Shown: piece after piece, positions 50,433-59,139 of the stretch
How positions within the stretch are numbered: position 1 is the stretch's first letter
How the letters are laid out: each line of letters opens with the position of its first letter
Assembly: GCA_965207885.1 (NCBI GenBank)
Contig: OZ242311.1
Coordinates: 1,280,001-1,344,000 of the forward strand
Length of the DNA stretch: 64,000 nucleotides
Origin: Candidatus Latescibacterota bacterium
GTDB taxonomy: Bacteria > Latescibacterota > UBA2968
Direction: 5' to 3'
The notes under the pieces: generated by a model
What the model saw: only the letters and a program-made list of their open reading frames with translations
What the model was told of the DNA's origin: nothing
The model's database searches: none
Made by a program: the position numbers and the translations under genes

Positions 50433-51488
50433 TTAAATCCCGAACCTCTGCTTCAATTTTTGAATCCGATTAAAAGATTCGCAAATGCGATCTTCTCCAA
50501 CAACGCCATCTGCTACCGCCTGTACAATGGCCTTTTTTACCTCGTACACCTGCTCAATATTGTATTCCCCAATCTGGTTGGCGAGCAAAATCATATCAAC
50601 ACCTGCTTTTATCGCTTCAACAACCGCTTCCGTCAGACCATACGCCTCGACAATCGCCCCCATCTGCATATCATCGGAAATAACGACCCCATCAAAGCCC
50701 ATCTCATATCTGAGGAGTCTCGTCATAATATCATACGACAAAGTTGCCGGCCTCCCACTTTTGTCGAGCCTCCGATTCACGATATGCGCGGTAAGAATCG
50801 GATCATCATAGCCTTTCTGGATAAATTTTTGATACGGCAAAAGCTCTTTAGCACGTCGGTATGTCTGTGTGACATCGGTAACACCGAGATGCGTATCGCC
50901 CGCCGCGCTTCCGTGTCCGGGAAAGTGTTTCAGCGTCGGTATCACCTGCTGTTCTTGATGCGCCATAATAAAAACATTGGCATGCGCTACCACAGCCCTC
51001 GGAACATCGCTAAACGACCGCTCTATCGCGCCAATAGCCGGACTTTTGGGATCTATATTCACATCGACAACCGGAGCAAAATTCCAGTTAATCCCCAAGT
51101 CTTTCAATTCGCGCGCAAGAGCATCTGCTACCTTTTTCGTCTTACCTGGGGACTGCCTGCCGAGTTCTTGAGCAGAAGGCACAGAAACCGAAAATTCATA
51201 TTCCTCTTTCAGTCGGTTGACATACCCACCCTCTGCGTCAACCGCGATAAAATATGACGCTATGTCCTGAAGTGCTGAGGTCAACCTGCGCAGTTGACGC
51301 GGAGACGTAATATTCCGCACCACCTCACCTTTACTCGGCAGATCATAATCAAAAAGCACAACCCCACCGGGTTGAATATCCCGCAGTAGCGCAACAATAT
51401 CCCCATATAGAACATCGCCGCGAAAACCGATCATCAGCATCTGTCCCACGGCTTCCTCTATGGAAGTTCCAAGATCATCGGGCGTCAC
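50433..51488 (-). CDS. GH3 beta-N-acetylhexosaminidase (NagZ-like)
   Basis: GQMLMIGF, AVDAEGGYVNRL, FAPVVD, KHFPGHG..GDTH and SDDMQM. GTGA overlap with the SDR stop, GGAG RBS. Confidence 0.88.
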   Translation of the reverse strand: MTPDDLGTSIEEAVGQMLMIGFRGDVLYGDIVALLRDIQPGGVVLFDYDLPSKGEVVRNITSPRQLRRLTSALQDIASYFIAVDAEGGYVNRLKEEYEFSVSVPSAQELGRQSPGKTKKVADALARELKDLGINWNFAPVVDVNIDPKSPAIGAIERSFSDVPRAVVAHANVFIMAHQEQQVIPTLKHFPGHGSAAGDTHLGVTDVTQTYRRAKELLPYQKFIQKGYDDPILTAHIVNRRLDKSGRPATLSYDIMTRLLRYEMGFDGVVISDDMQMGAIVEAYGLTEAVVEAIKAGVDMILLANQIGEYNIEQVYEVKKAIVQAVADGVVGEDRICESFNRIQKLKQRFGI

Positions 51489-52297
51489 GCCATATCTCCC
51501 AAACCCTGATCCTTCATCTTCCTCTTCACCAGCCACTCGACAATTTTGGGATGAATCACTTGAAGAAAGGGCAATGCGCGGTGGTGCCAGGGAAGCACCA
51601 ATTCGCGCTTCTGTTTTCGCATAGCTTTCAAAATTGCCCTGCAACAATATTCTACAGAAAGTGCCTCTTTATTGTGCCGCTGTGAGGAATCGCCCAGTGC
51701 TTCACCATCCTTCCCAAAAGCGCGTCGTCTCAAATTCGTCCCCTGAAGCCAATGCGGCAAAACCGTCAACACCTGCACATCTTCCACTTCCAGACGCAGA
51801 GCGTTTAAAAAACCCAGCACCGCGTGCTTTGACGCGCCATATCCCGTATGCAGAGGCACGCCAAATTTGCCCTGCAAAGATGCAATGGCCACGATCATAC
51901 CCTTCGAAACTTTCAAATGTGGCAATGCCGCGTGCACGCAATAAACCAAACCGAGATAATTGGTATCCATCAGCTTGCGAAACACCCCCAAATCTTCCAC
52001 CTCGTCAAACCGCGCCCACATACTAATCCCGGCATTGGCAATCAAATAATCTACACGACCAAATGCAGCAATCGTCGCCTCAATCAATTGTTCGCAATCT
52101 TCGACCTGTGCCACATCCCCCACCACCGTCACCACCTGTGCGCCCAAATCCCGACACTGCTCAGCCGTCTCGCTCAGCTTTCCCTCTCGCCGAGCAAACA
52201 ATGCCAGATGTGCGCCCTGCTTCGCAAGTTCCAGAGCCAACGTCGCCCCAAGTCCCGAAGACGCGCCTGTAATAATCGCTACCTTATTGCAAAACAT
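51485..52297 (-). CDS. SDR oxidoreductase, DHRS7/DHRS7B-like; candidate acyl/alkyl-DHAP reductase
   Basis: TGASSGLG, ARR (NADPH-type), NAGIS, MDTNYLG, SLQGK and YGASK. Function inferred from operon context. Confidence 0.8.
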   Translation of the reverse strand: MFCNKVAIITGASSGLGATLALELAKQGAHLALFARREGKLSETAEQCRDLGAQVVTVVGDVAQVEDCEQLIEATIAAFGRVDYLIANAGISMWARFDEVEDLGVFRKLMDTNYLGLVYCVHAALPHLKVSKGMIVAIASLQGKFGVPLHTGYGASKHAVLGFLNALRLEVEDVQVLTVLPHWLQGTNLRRRAFGKDGEALGDSSQRHNKEALSVEYCCRAILKAMRKQKRELVLPWHHRALPFLQVIHPKIVEWLVKRKMKDQGLGDMA

Positions 52298-52331
52298 CGC
52301 GCCATTCAAAATCAGTTGGTCCTTTCCATTT

Positions 52332-54164
52332 TCAATCCGCAAACGCCCCATTGCCAATGGCAAAGATATTATTTGGATCCATCGCCTTTTTCATCTGCCG
52401 CAGCACTGCAATGCTATTTTCGCTTTGAATCTGCGGCAAAAAGCCACTGCGGAGCTTGCCCACGCCGTGATGGTGCGACAAAGACCCGCCGTGGTCTAAA
52501 ATCTCCTGCCGCAGCCGGCGCTCAATCGCGTGATAAACGCCAACCGAATCCTCAAGCCCCTGCGCGCAAAAACCCATAGTAAAATAAATACACACACCCG
52601 TGTGATAGGTCTGCGTCACGCGATAGGCCAAAAAGGGCTTGCCCGGCACGCCGTATTCTTCACACAAAACAACCAACTTCTTTTCCACCGCACCAATAAC
52701 ATCGTGAATATTAGTCCACGGCACAGAAGTCTCAAATGTCTCGCCCAAAATGTGAAACTGAGTAAAAAAATCGCGAATATACGCAATCCCAAACGTCAAC
52801 ATATACCCCCGCTCGCCCCTGTGCGCTCCGCCCGAAATACCACCGTATTTCTTCGCCAAACGAAAAATCGTCTTTGCCTGCTGCCGGACCTCGTCTTTTG
52901 TGCCTTCCATCACAATCGTACACGCCACCAACTGCTCTGGATCAAATCCCTTGACCTTAACCAAAAAAAATTGCTGAATATCCTGCTGGAGCTTCTTGAA
53001 TCCTTTTACCTCGGGCTTCAGCGCCTGCCCAAGCTGTAATTCCGTATTGTTCACCAGCCGAATACTCGCCGGAACTTGCCCTGTCTGCCGAAGTGCCTTT
53101 AAGTAAGCCACACCCCGTTCAAATGACGGAAACACCAGCGAGCCAAACTCCTGTGCTTCGGGCTGTTTATGGATCTTTATCGTCGCCCGGGTAATAATCC
53201 CCAAATTGCCCTCGCTACCAAACAAAAACGACCTGGGCTGCACACCTGTCGAATTGCGCGGCGTCGCATGGTGTGTCTTCACCTCCCCCGTCGGCGTCAC
53301 CAGCGTGGCCTCTATCACAATATCCTCAATATTGCCATACCGGTTCTTTTTCATACCACTGGCATTGGTCGCAATCCATCCCCCCAGAGTTGAAAACTCC
53401 AGACTATCGGGATCGTGTCCCGATGTGTATCCCAACTCATTCAGCGCAATCTCCAATTGCTTACCCGAAATACCCGCCTGCACACACGCTTGAAAATTCT
53501 CTTCATCCACCTGCACAATGCGATTCATGCGACGCATATCCACCGACGCGACCATCCGCGTCTCCGAAGTCGGAATTGCGAGCGCACCGCTCACATTCGT
53601 CCCACCACCATAGGGCACCAGCGCCACATTGTGGTCATTTGCAAGCTGGATAATAGCCTGAATATCCGCTTCTTCCTCTGGAAACAACACCACATCCACC
53701 AGACGTTCGGGCGGTCGATGGTACAAAATTTGATACACCTCATCCACGCTCAACTGCCCATGACTATGCACCAGACGCTCTATGTCCTCCTGAGAAACCC
53801 CATCTTCATTGAGCGCATCGCGCACCGCCCTCAAAAATTCATCATTTGCCACGGGCGCGGGCAAATCGCGGTGCTCGACCTCTTGCCCCATATCTTCGGG
53901 ACGGACCGGCACATTGAGCACCCCTTCGACAAAAGGCAAAAAATACGGCATCCGATAGCCACATAACGGATACCGCGTTCCCGTCACATGCACGGTCCTG
54001 TCATCGTCAAACTCAAACCGCGTATCCTTATACCCCCACTTGTGTGCAAACCGCTCGCCTTCTGCCCCCTCAGAAAAACGGTCTTTACTGGCAAAAGCGC
54101 GACGCCCTCGAACGAACAAAAATATCAACACCAGTAAAAAAGCGACAACCATCAGTTCATTCAT
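52332..54164 (-). CDS. Alkyl-dihydroxyacetonephosphate synthase (AGPS), FAD-linked, with N-terminal TM anchor
   Basis: KWGYKD, PYGGGTNVSGAL, GHDPDSLEFSTLGGWIATNASGMKKNRYGNIED, GSEGNLG, PASIRL, FETSVPW, RVTQTY..GVCIYF and GGSLSHHHGVGKLR. Confidence 0.9.
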   Translation of the reverse strand: MNELMVVAFLLVLIFLFVRGRRAFASKDRFSEGAEGERFAHKWGYKDTRFEFDDDRTVHVTGTRYPLCGYRMPYFLPFVEGVLNVPVRPEDMGQEVEHRDLPAPVANDEFLRAVRDALNEDGVSQEDIERLVHSHGQLSVDEVYQILYHRPPERLVDVVLFPEEEADIQAIIQLANDHNVALVPYGGGTNVSGALAIPTSETRMVASVDMRRMNRIVQVDEENFQACVQAGISGKQLEIALNELGYTSGHDPDSLEFSTLGGWIATNASGMKKNRYGNIEDIVIEATLVTPTGEVKTHHATPRNSTGVQPRSFLFGSEGNLGIITRATIKIHKQPEAQEFGSLVFPSFERGVAYLKALRQTGQVPASIRLVNNTELQLGQALKPEVKGFKKLQQDIQQFFLVKVKGFDPEQLVACTIVMEGTKDEVRQQAKTIFRLAKKYGGISGGAHRGERGYMLTFGIAYIRDFFTQFHILGETFETSVPWTNIHDVIGAVEKKLVVLCEEYGVPGKPFLAYRVTQTYHTGVCIYFTMGFCAQGLEDSVGVYHAIERRLRQEILDHGGSLSHHHGVGKLRSGFLPQIQSENSIAVLRQMKKAMDPNNIFAIGNGAFAD

Positions 54165-54179
54165 TTCACACCTCAATTT

Positions 54180-56120
54180 TCACGACTCTTCCGGATTCAA
54201 CAACGTCGCAATATGCACCGCTTGAAACAGCGCGGCAGCCTCGGACTGAATCCGCAGCGACCGTCTTTTGGGCAGTAAAGTCGTCTCCCCCAACATGGGC
54301 GGTGAGACCCACACATTGACCTGCCCCGGATTGATATTAATATTGCCCTTTGGACACTTGGGCCACAGCGCGTGAAGCCCGCGGTACGCAATCGGCACAA
54401 TCACCACATCCTGGGGCAATTGTGCAAACACTCCGTGTTGAAGCGGAAATTGCTGAACCGCAAAAGCAGCGGTCGTCGCCATGGGATAAATAACGCCCGG
54501 ACGCTCTGTCAATGCCTGTGCCACGCGCTGTGTCGTATGGCCCGCAGCACGGGATCGCTCGAGCATCACATAGCCATCGACATTTTCCAGAATCTGATCA
54601 AAAACCTCAGACGTCATCCCAAACTGCGTGATCTGTTTCGACCCAATTTTGATACCCGAGCGCGCCAGCCCAGTACGCGCCAGAATCACACAAGGTTCGG
54701 GTCTTTCCCATCCCATCGCATTCATAAACTCTCGAGACTGCAAAACTTTGTACAAAACGGGATGGTCAAACAAACTCTGATGCGTTGGCAAAAAGATAAG
54801 ACGCCGATCTTCTGCATCGGCTCCCAAATCTCGTACAATGGCTTCAAAATGGGGATCGATATAAACGTTGACGCGAATATCAAAAATATCCAGCGTGCGA
54901 CGTCCCCAATCGAGCCAGGTGCGCCATCCGGCTTCGCGGCGACGGATGGGATCGACTTCTCTTTCCAACAATTTCTTTTTTTGACGTCCTATCTTGAGCG
55001 AAGTCCCCATCCACCGGGCAAAACGCATTCCTCGCTGCAACTTTGAAAATTGCCCCCGACGTCCGACATTGGGATATTCCAAAAATCGTCCCCGTGCCGT
55101 ATCTGCGAGCAAAGCGGGAATTTCCATACGCGAAACACTTTGTCCAACACGATCGATTTGCGCGTTCACATCGCATATTAGCTTAACCGACAAATCAATC
55201 ATATCCCGCGTCAAATAACTATATTCCTGCCCATACCAATACAACCTGGGACGCAGCCTGGTGGGATCTTCCTGATGCGCGTGCAAAAATTCAATCAACA
55301 GCGCCTTGATGTCCAGCACATCATCATCTATCCCATCCGCATCCACATCGTCGCGCAACTGCGCCAAAGCCACCTCCGCATCCACAATAACCTTCCACAC
55401 CGACACGCCAAACCAGCCAAAATTCGTCAAATAATTATACCGCGTTGACAGCAACCCTCCCGCGGCGATCAAATTGAGCGTGCGCTGTGCCACATCTTGC
55501 AGCAAATCACGCAAAGATCCCTCAATCCGCTCGCCATCTCGTTCACAACTGTACTCCTCGGCCCAGTGCGCATCCTCATCCGCCTCCACATTGTCAAGCG
55601 CCTCTGCAACAGCGCGGGCGTGCGACATTGGCACTTGTGTAATATGCACCTGAGCCAATGCCTCTTCCACGGCTTCGGGCGCGTGTAGCTCCGCCTGTGC
55701 CAGAGCCTTCAAATACAGGGATTGATACAACCTCAAAAAATCTTTCGCATCCCCGCGGCCTCGCTCGACAAATTGTCGCCTGAGTTGCAAATAAATTCGG
55801 CTGCCCAGGTGATATTGCGGAAGCAACTCCGCAAAAGGACGATACGCCTCGTCCAAACGCTCATCGCGAACCTCGGGCAAGCCTTGAAAAATCGCATCCA
55901 CAAGCTGTGCGCGAAATTGCAGCGCCTCCATATCCATCGCACCGCTCTGACTTTTGGGCCAGACAAGCGCATCTGGATCGAGACCGTCAAAATAGCCATC
56001 ATGACGCACCGCTTCGAGCATAAGCTGAACCGATTGGTCATAAATAGCTAACATCTGCTCCAGATCGTCGAGCAGTGTTTCGTGCAATGGACGAGTATCC
56101 GATCTATCGCGTGAGGTCAT
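54180..56120 (-). CDS. Glycerolipid acyltransferase (HX4D) with large unknown N-terminal domain; candidate DHAP acyltransferase
   Basis: Block I LIFLPTHQSLFD, block II GYVMLER, block III IYPMATT and block IV VVIVPIAY. Confidence 0.7.
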   Translation of the reverse strand: MTSRDRSDTRPLHETLLDDLEQMLAIYDQSVQLMLEAVRHDGYFDGLDPDALVWPKSQSGAMDMEALQFRAQLVDAIFQGLPEVRDERLDEAYRPFAELLPQYHLGSRIYLQLRRQFVERGRGDAKDFLRLYQSLYLKALAQAELHAPEAVEEALAQVHITQVPMSHARAVAEALDNVEADEDAHWAEEYSCERDGERIEGSLRDLLQDVAQRTLNLIAAGGLLSTRYNYLTNFGWFGVSVWKVIVDAEVALAQLRDDVDADGIDDDVLDIKALLIEFLHAHQEDPTRLRPRLYWYGQEYSYLTRDMIDLSVKLICDVNAQIDRVGQSVSRMEIPALLADTARGRFLEYPNVGRRGQFSKLQRGMRFARWMGTSLKIGRQKKKLLEREVDPIRRREAGWRTWLDWGRRTLDIFDIRVNVYIDPHFEAIVRDLGADAEDRRLIFLPTHQSLFDHPVLYKVLQSREFMNAMGWERPEPCVILARTGLARSGIKIGSKQITQFGMTSEVFDQILENVDGYVMLERSRAAGHTTQRVAQALTERPGVIYPMATTAAFAVQQFPLQHGVFAQLPQDVVIVPIAYRGLHALWPKCPKGNININPGQVNVWVSPPMLGETTLLPKRRSLRIQSEAAALFQAVHIATLLNPEES

Positions 56121-56129
56121 GGGAGAAGC

Positions 56130-57734
56130 CTAAACACCTGTCTTGAGCACATGGCGTTGCAAGCCGGGAATGTGAACCTCTTTTACGTAAGAGGGCCAAT
56201 TGATGCGCGAAACATCACAATTAAAAATTTCTCTATCTTCTGCATCCATGCTGTCAAACAACTGATTCATATTGTCGTTTTGAAATACGCAATCCAGAGA
56301 AATATAAGAACCATAAATATCGGTAAGCGACAGCGTATTTTCCAAAGTGGCATTCAAAATCGACAAATGGCGTTTCTGCTTTGAAATATCGACCAGAGGC
56401 ACCAAATTCAGTGCCCGTTGCAAAATTTTGAGGGGCAACAAATACTTATAGCGCAACTTTCGACGAAATTGTGACAGCGTCGGATAGGTCCACGGCGTCA
56501 CCGCAATGGGTTTGCCATTGCGGTCTCGCATTGGATTGTTCACAAAATACTCGTACACATACTGGACGACCTCACCTACCTTCACCGGATTCTTTGCACT
56601 TGTTGTCACATGGTAAACCTTCAAATCGGCATTTTCATGGATGGAAGGCAAAACACCGATAATCACATTGATAATAATATCCACGGGAATAACGTCTAAA
56701 ACCGCTTCTGGACGCGCGGGAAAATCCGTCAAACGCCCCTTGCCGTAGTGTACAATAAGTGGATCGGCCACTTTTAGCCCTTCCAGCCATCCCGGTTCTG
56801 GATCGGACAAACTGCTCTCAATAATAGAAGGGCGCACGATCACAGTTGGCAAATCGCCCCGGGTCTTGGCAACCATCTGCTCGCCCATGGCCTTGGTAAA
56901 AGAATAACTGTCGTGCCAGCCCAACTCTCGCCCGCGCTTTATCCCGCGTGCCACCATCCGTTCTCGCACCCATCGCTGGCGCAAAGCCTCCAACTGGTGT
57001 TCCCGCCGATGCGCTGTAACGCGCTTGCCCCGGTCCTGTCGGTCGAGTAAACGCGTGAATTCCGCAAACCGCTCCGGACTTCGCGACGCCGCCTCTACTT
57101 CGCGGCTATACGCCAGAATACCTTCAATTTCAGAATCCAGACTATAATCGGGCGCGCGACCATTTCCCATTTGTTGTGCCACCGTTTGATCGGGCACGGG
57201 CGCGTCTTCAGAAATGATCCGCTTTTGCCGTCCATTGACATAAGCCGTTGAAACATGCACGAGCACGGCATCGCGACACGCCTTGGCAAATTCGACAACG
57301 CGCCTGGCCCCAAGCGTATTTTGCATCAGCGCCGTATCCAGAGGCGCGTCGAAAACCACATTGGCTGCGCTGTTAATCACAATATCGACTTCACTGGCCA
57401 ACTGTGCATATGTCTCGGCGTCCATGCCGAGGTGATCTTGTGTCAAATCGCTCGGCACCGCAATGACTTTTTCGCGCATCACAAAGTCAAAACGATCCCC
57501 GAGTTTTGCGCGCAATCGCGCAAAAGCACTGGATTGCAAAATCTCCCTTTGCAGCCGGTCTTCGGCACTAATGGGCTTGCCCCCTCCCCGCCTTTGAGGG
57601 CGCACCATAAGATAAATGCGCCCAACATCTGGCGCATGGCAAAGGATTTTCCCCACCAATCCCTTGGCCAAAAAACCAGTTGCACCCGTAACAAAAAGAA
57701 CCTTGTGGTTCAAAAATGGAATAACAACACTCAT
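56130..57734 (-). CDS. Alcohol-forming fatty acyl-CoA/ACP reductase (FAR; NAD_binding_4 + Sterile domain)
   Basis: TGATGFLAK, NSAANVVFD, HVSTAYVNG, SYSFTKAMGE, IVRPSIIES, DVIPVD and FNCDVSRINW..HIPGL. Confidence 0.9.
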   Translation of the reverse strand: MSVVIPFLNHKVLFVTGATGFLAKGLVGKILCHAPDVGRIYLMVRPQRRGGGKPISAEDRLQREILQSSAFARLRAKLGDRFDFVMREKVIAVPSDLTQDHLGMDAETYAQLASEVDIVINSAANVVFDAPLDTALMQNTLGARRVVEFAKACRDAVLVHVSTAYVNGRQKRIISEDAPVPDQTVAQQMGNGRAPDYSLDSEIEGILAYSREVEAASRSPERFAEFTRLLDRQDRGKRVTAHRREHQLEALRQRWVRERMVARGIKRGRELGWHDSYSFTKAMGEQMVAKTRGDLPTVIVRPSIIESSLSDPEPGWLEGLKVADPLIVHYGKGRLTDFPARPEAVLDVIPVDIIINVIIGVLPSIHENADLKVYHVTTSAKNPVKVGEVVQYVYEYFVNNPMRDRNGKPIAVTPWTYPTLSQFRRKLRYKYLLPLKILQRALNLVPLVDISKQKRHLSILNATLENTLSLTDIYGSYISLDCVFQNDNMNQLFDSMDAEDREIFNCDVSRINWPSYVKEVHIPGLQRHVLKTGV

Positions 57735-57795
57735 AAAAGACCCCGGTATCCACAAAAAAAATTAAAACGCAACAGCACTAAAAACCACCTTCCCA

Positions 57796-57824
57796 ATTAA
57801 AGGAGTCCATTGGACTTATGTCAA
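57796..57824 (-). promoter_or_regulatory. Putative sigma70 promoter for the FAR-AGPS operon
   Basis: TTGACA-17 nt-TTTAAT (imperfect -10). Confidence 0.4.
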
Positions 57825-57872
57825 CCTCTTTCTCGCGCAGTTCACAAGCGCAAATCCTTATCAAAAATGGGG

Positions 57873-57901
57873 TTGACAAAAAAAAGCCCAACTCCTATCT
57901 T
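57873..57901 (+). promoter_or_regulatory. sigma70 promoter for the ndk-fab operon
   Basis: TTGACA-17 nt-TATCTT (same -10 hexamer as the aromatic operon promoter). Confidence 0.65.
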
Positions 57902-57951
57902 GTCCATCTTCAAGCCGATACAAGCCGTATTTCTCACATGGAATTTTATGC

Positions 57952-58350
57952 ATGGAACGCACCCTGCTCATCGTCAAACCCGACGCTGTTGCACAAAATG
58001 TAATCGGTGAAATCATTCGCCGTCTCGAAGAAAAAAATTTTCGAATTGTAAATCTGGAAATGGTTCGCCTCACGCGCCAACAGGCCGCCGAATTTTATAC
58101 AGTACATCGCCAACGGCCTTTTTACAACGACCTGCTCGATTTTATGACCTCTGGCCCCTGTGTGCCCGTGGCACTTGAGCGGGACAATGCCGTTGCATTT
58201 TTGCGCGAGGCCATTGGCAGCACCAATCCCGAAGAAGCCGCAGAAGGCACCATTCGCAAAGACTTTGCAACCAATATTCAAAACAATGCCGTACACGCCT
58301 CAGATTCACTGGAAAACGCAGCCAAAGAAGTGGCTTTCTTTTTTGGGTAA
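57952..58350 (+). CDS. ndk: Nucleoside diphosphate kinase
   Basis: ERTLLIVKPDAV, FMTSGP, GTIR and NAVHASDS. Confidence 0.97.
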   Translation: MERTLLIVKPDAVAQNVIGEIIRRLEEKNFRIVNLEMVRLTRQQAAEFYTVHRQRPFYNDLLDFMTSGPCVPVALERDNAVAFLREAIGSTNPEEAAEGTIRKDFATNIQNNAVHASDSLENAAKEVAFFFG

Positions 58351-58367
58351 AAGAGATCACCTAACTT

Positions 58368-58883
58368 ATGAAAATCGACCTGAGAGATATACAGGAAGGC
58401 GAAACCGAATTTGCGTTTGAAGAAACGCCAGCCGACCTGCACATTACCGAAGAAGACTCCCAATTTGCAGGTGCCATCAACACCCGTCTCGTCGTGTACA
58501 AATACGGCGACTCGCTCTCGGCCAAAGGGCAAACCACCTGTCTGGTGCGCCCCGAATGCGCGCGGTGCCTGGAACCCATCGAATTTCCCATCGTCATCTC
58601 ATACACATTCATCTTTCAAAAGGGTCGTCCCGACCAGATGGACGATGACGATGACGAAACGCTGATCTGGCTCAATGAAGAACCCGGCGAAATAGACCTT
58701 GGCAATGACGTAAAAGATTATATTTTGCTTGAACTACCCATGATCCCAACCTGCGCTGCATCGCCTTCTGGCCCTTGTGAACGCTATGAGCAAGATCCCC
58801 ACGAATTGCTGGAATACGAGCGTGAAAAGAGCCCTGACCCGCGTTGGGATGCTCTCCGCGCACTCAAAGAAAGCGAACAGTAA
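58368..58883 (+). CDS. yceD: YceD/DUF177 family protein
   Basis: CARCL, IDL..ILLELPM and DPRWDAL. Lies upstream of rpmF. Confidence 0.88.
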   Translation: MKIDLRDIQEGETEFAFEETPADLHITEEDSQFAGAINTRLVVYKYGDSLSAKGQTTCLVRPECARCLEPIEFPIVISYTFIFQKGRPDQMDDDDDETLIWLNEEPGEIDLGNDVKDYILLELPMIPTCAASPSGPCERYEQDPHELLEYEREKSPDPRWDALRALKESEQ

Positions 58884-58912
58884 ACAGAGCATTAATCAAA
58901 AAGGATACCACC

Positions 58913-59095
58913 ATGGCCAACCCCAAACGAAAAAGTTCAAATTCTCGCACCGGTAAACGCCGTGCCAATTGGAAATTGCGTTTACCCACCTTTAACGAAT
59001 GCCCCAACTGCGGGTATCAAAAAATACCCCATCGGGTCTGTGGAAATTGCGGTTATTACAATGGGCGCGAAGTGATTGAAACCGATGGCTTTTAG
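58913..59095 (+). CDS. rpmF: 50S ribosomal protein L32
   Basis: MANPKRKSS..CPNCG..PHRVCGNCGYY. Confidence 0.96.
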   Translation: MANPKRKSSNSRTGKRRANWKLRLPTFNECPNCGYQKIPHRVCGNCGYYNGREVIETDGF

Positions 59096-59139
59096 TTTGG
59101 TCTAACACCGCGCAGACTTTGAGGAGCAGAGTAATTATC

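Noticed and set aside
51489-51647. N-terminal extension of the GH3 ORF in the track
   Set aside because: It overlaps the SDR coding region. GTG 51488, with an RBS and stop-start overlap, is the better start.
52332-54164. Generic glycolate/D-lactate oxidase (GlcD) annotation
   Set aside because: AGPS-specific motifs (SGMKKNxYGNIED, RVTQTY, SHHHGVG) and the adjacent FAR and acyltransferase fit alkyl-DHAP synthase better.
51485-57734. Eukaryotic contamination explaining the FAR/AGPS genes
   Set aside because: The genes are intronless with operonic spacing, show a stop-start overlap with a bacterial GH3 gene, and are contiguous with the ndk-fab genes.
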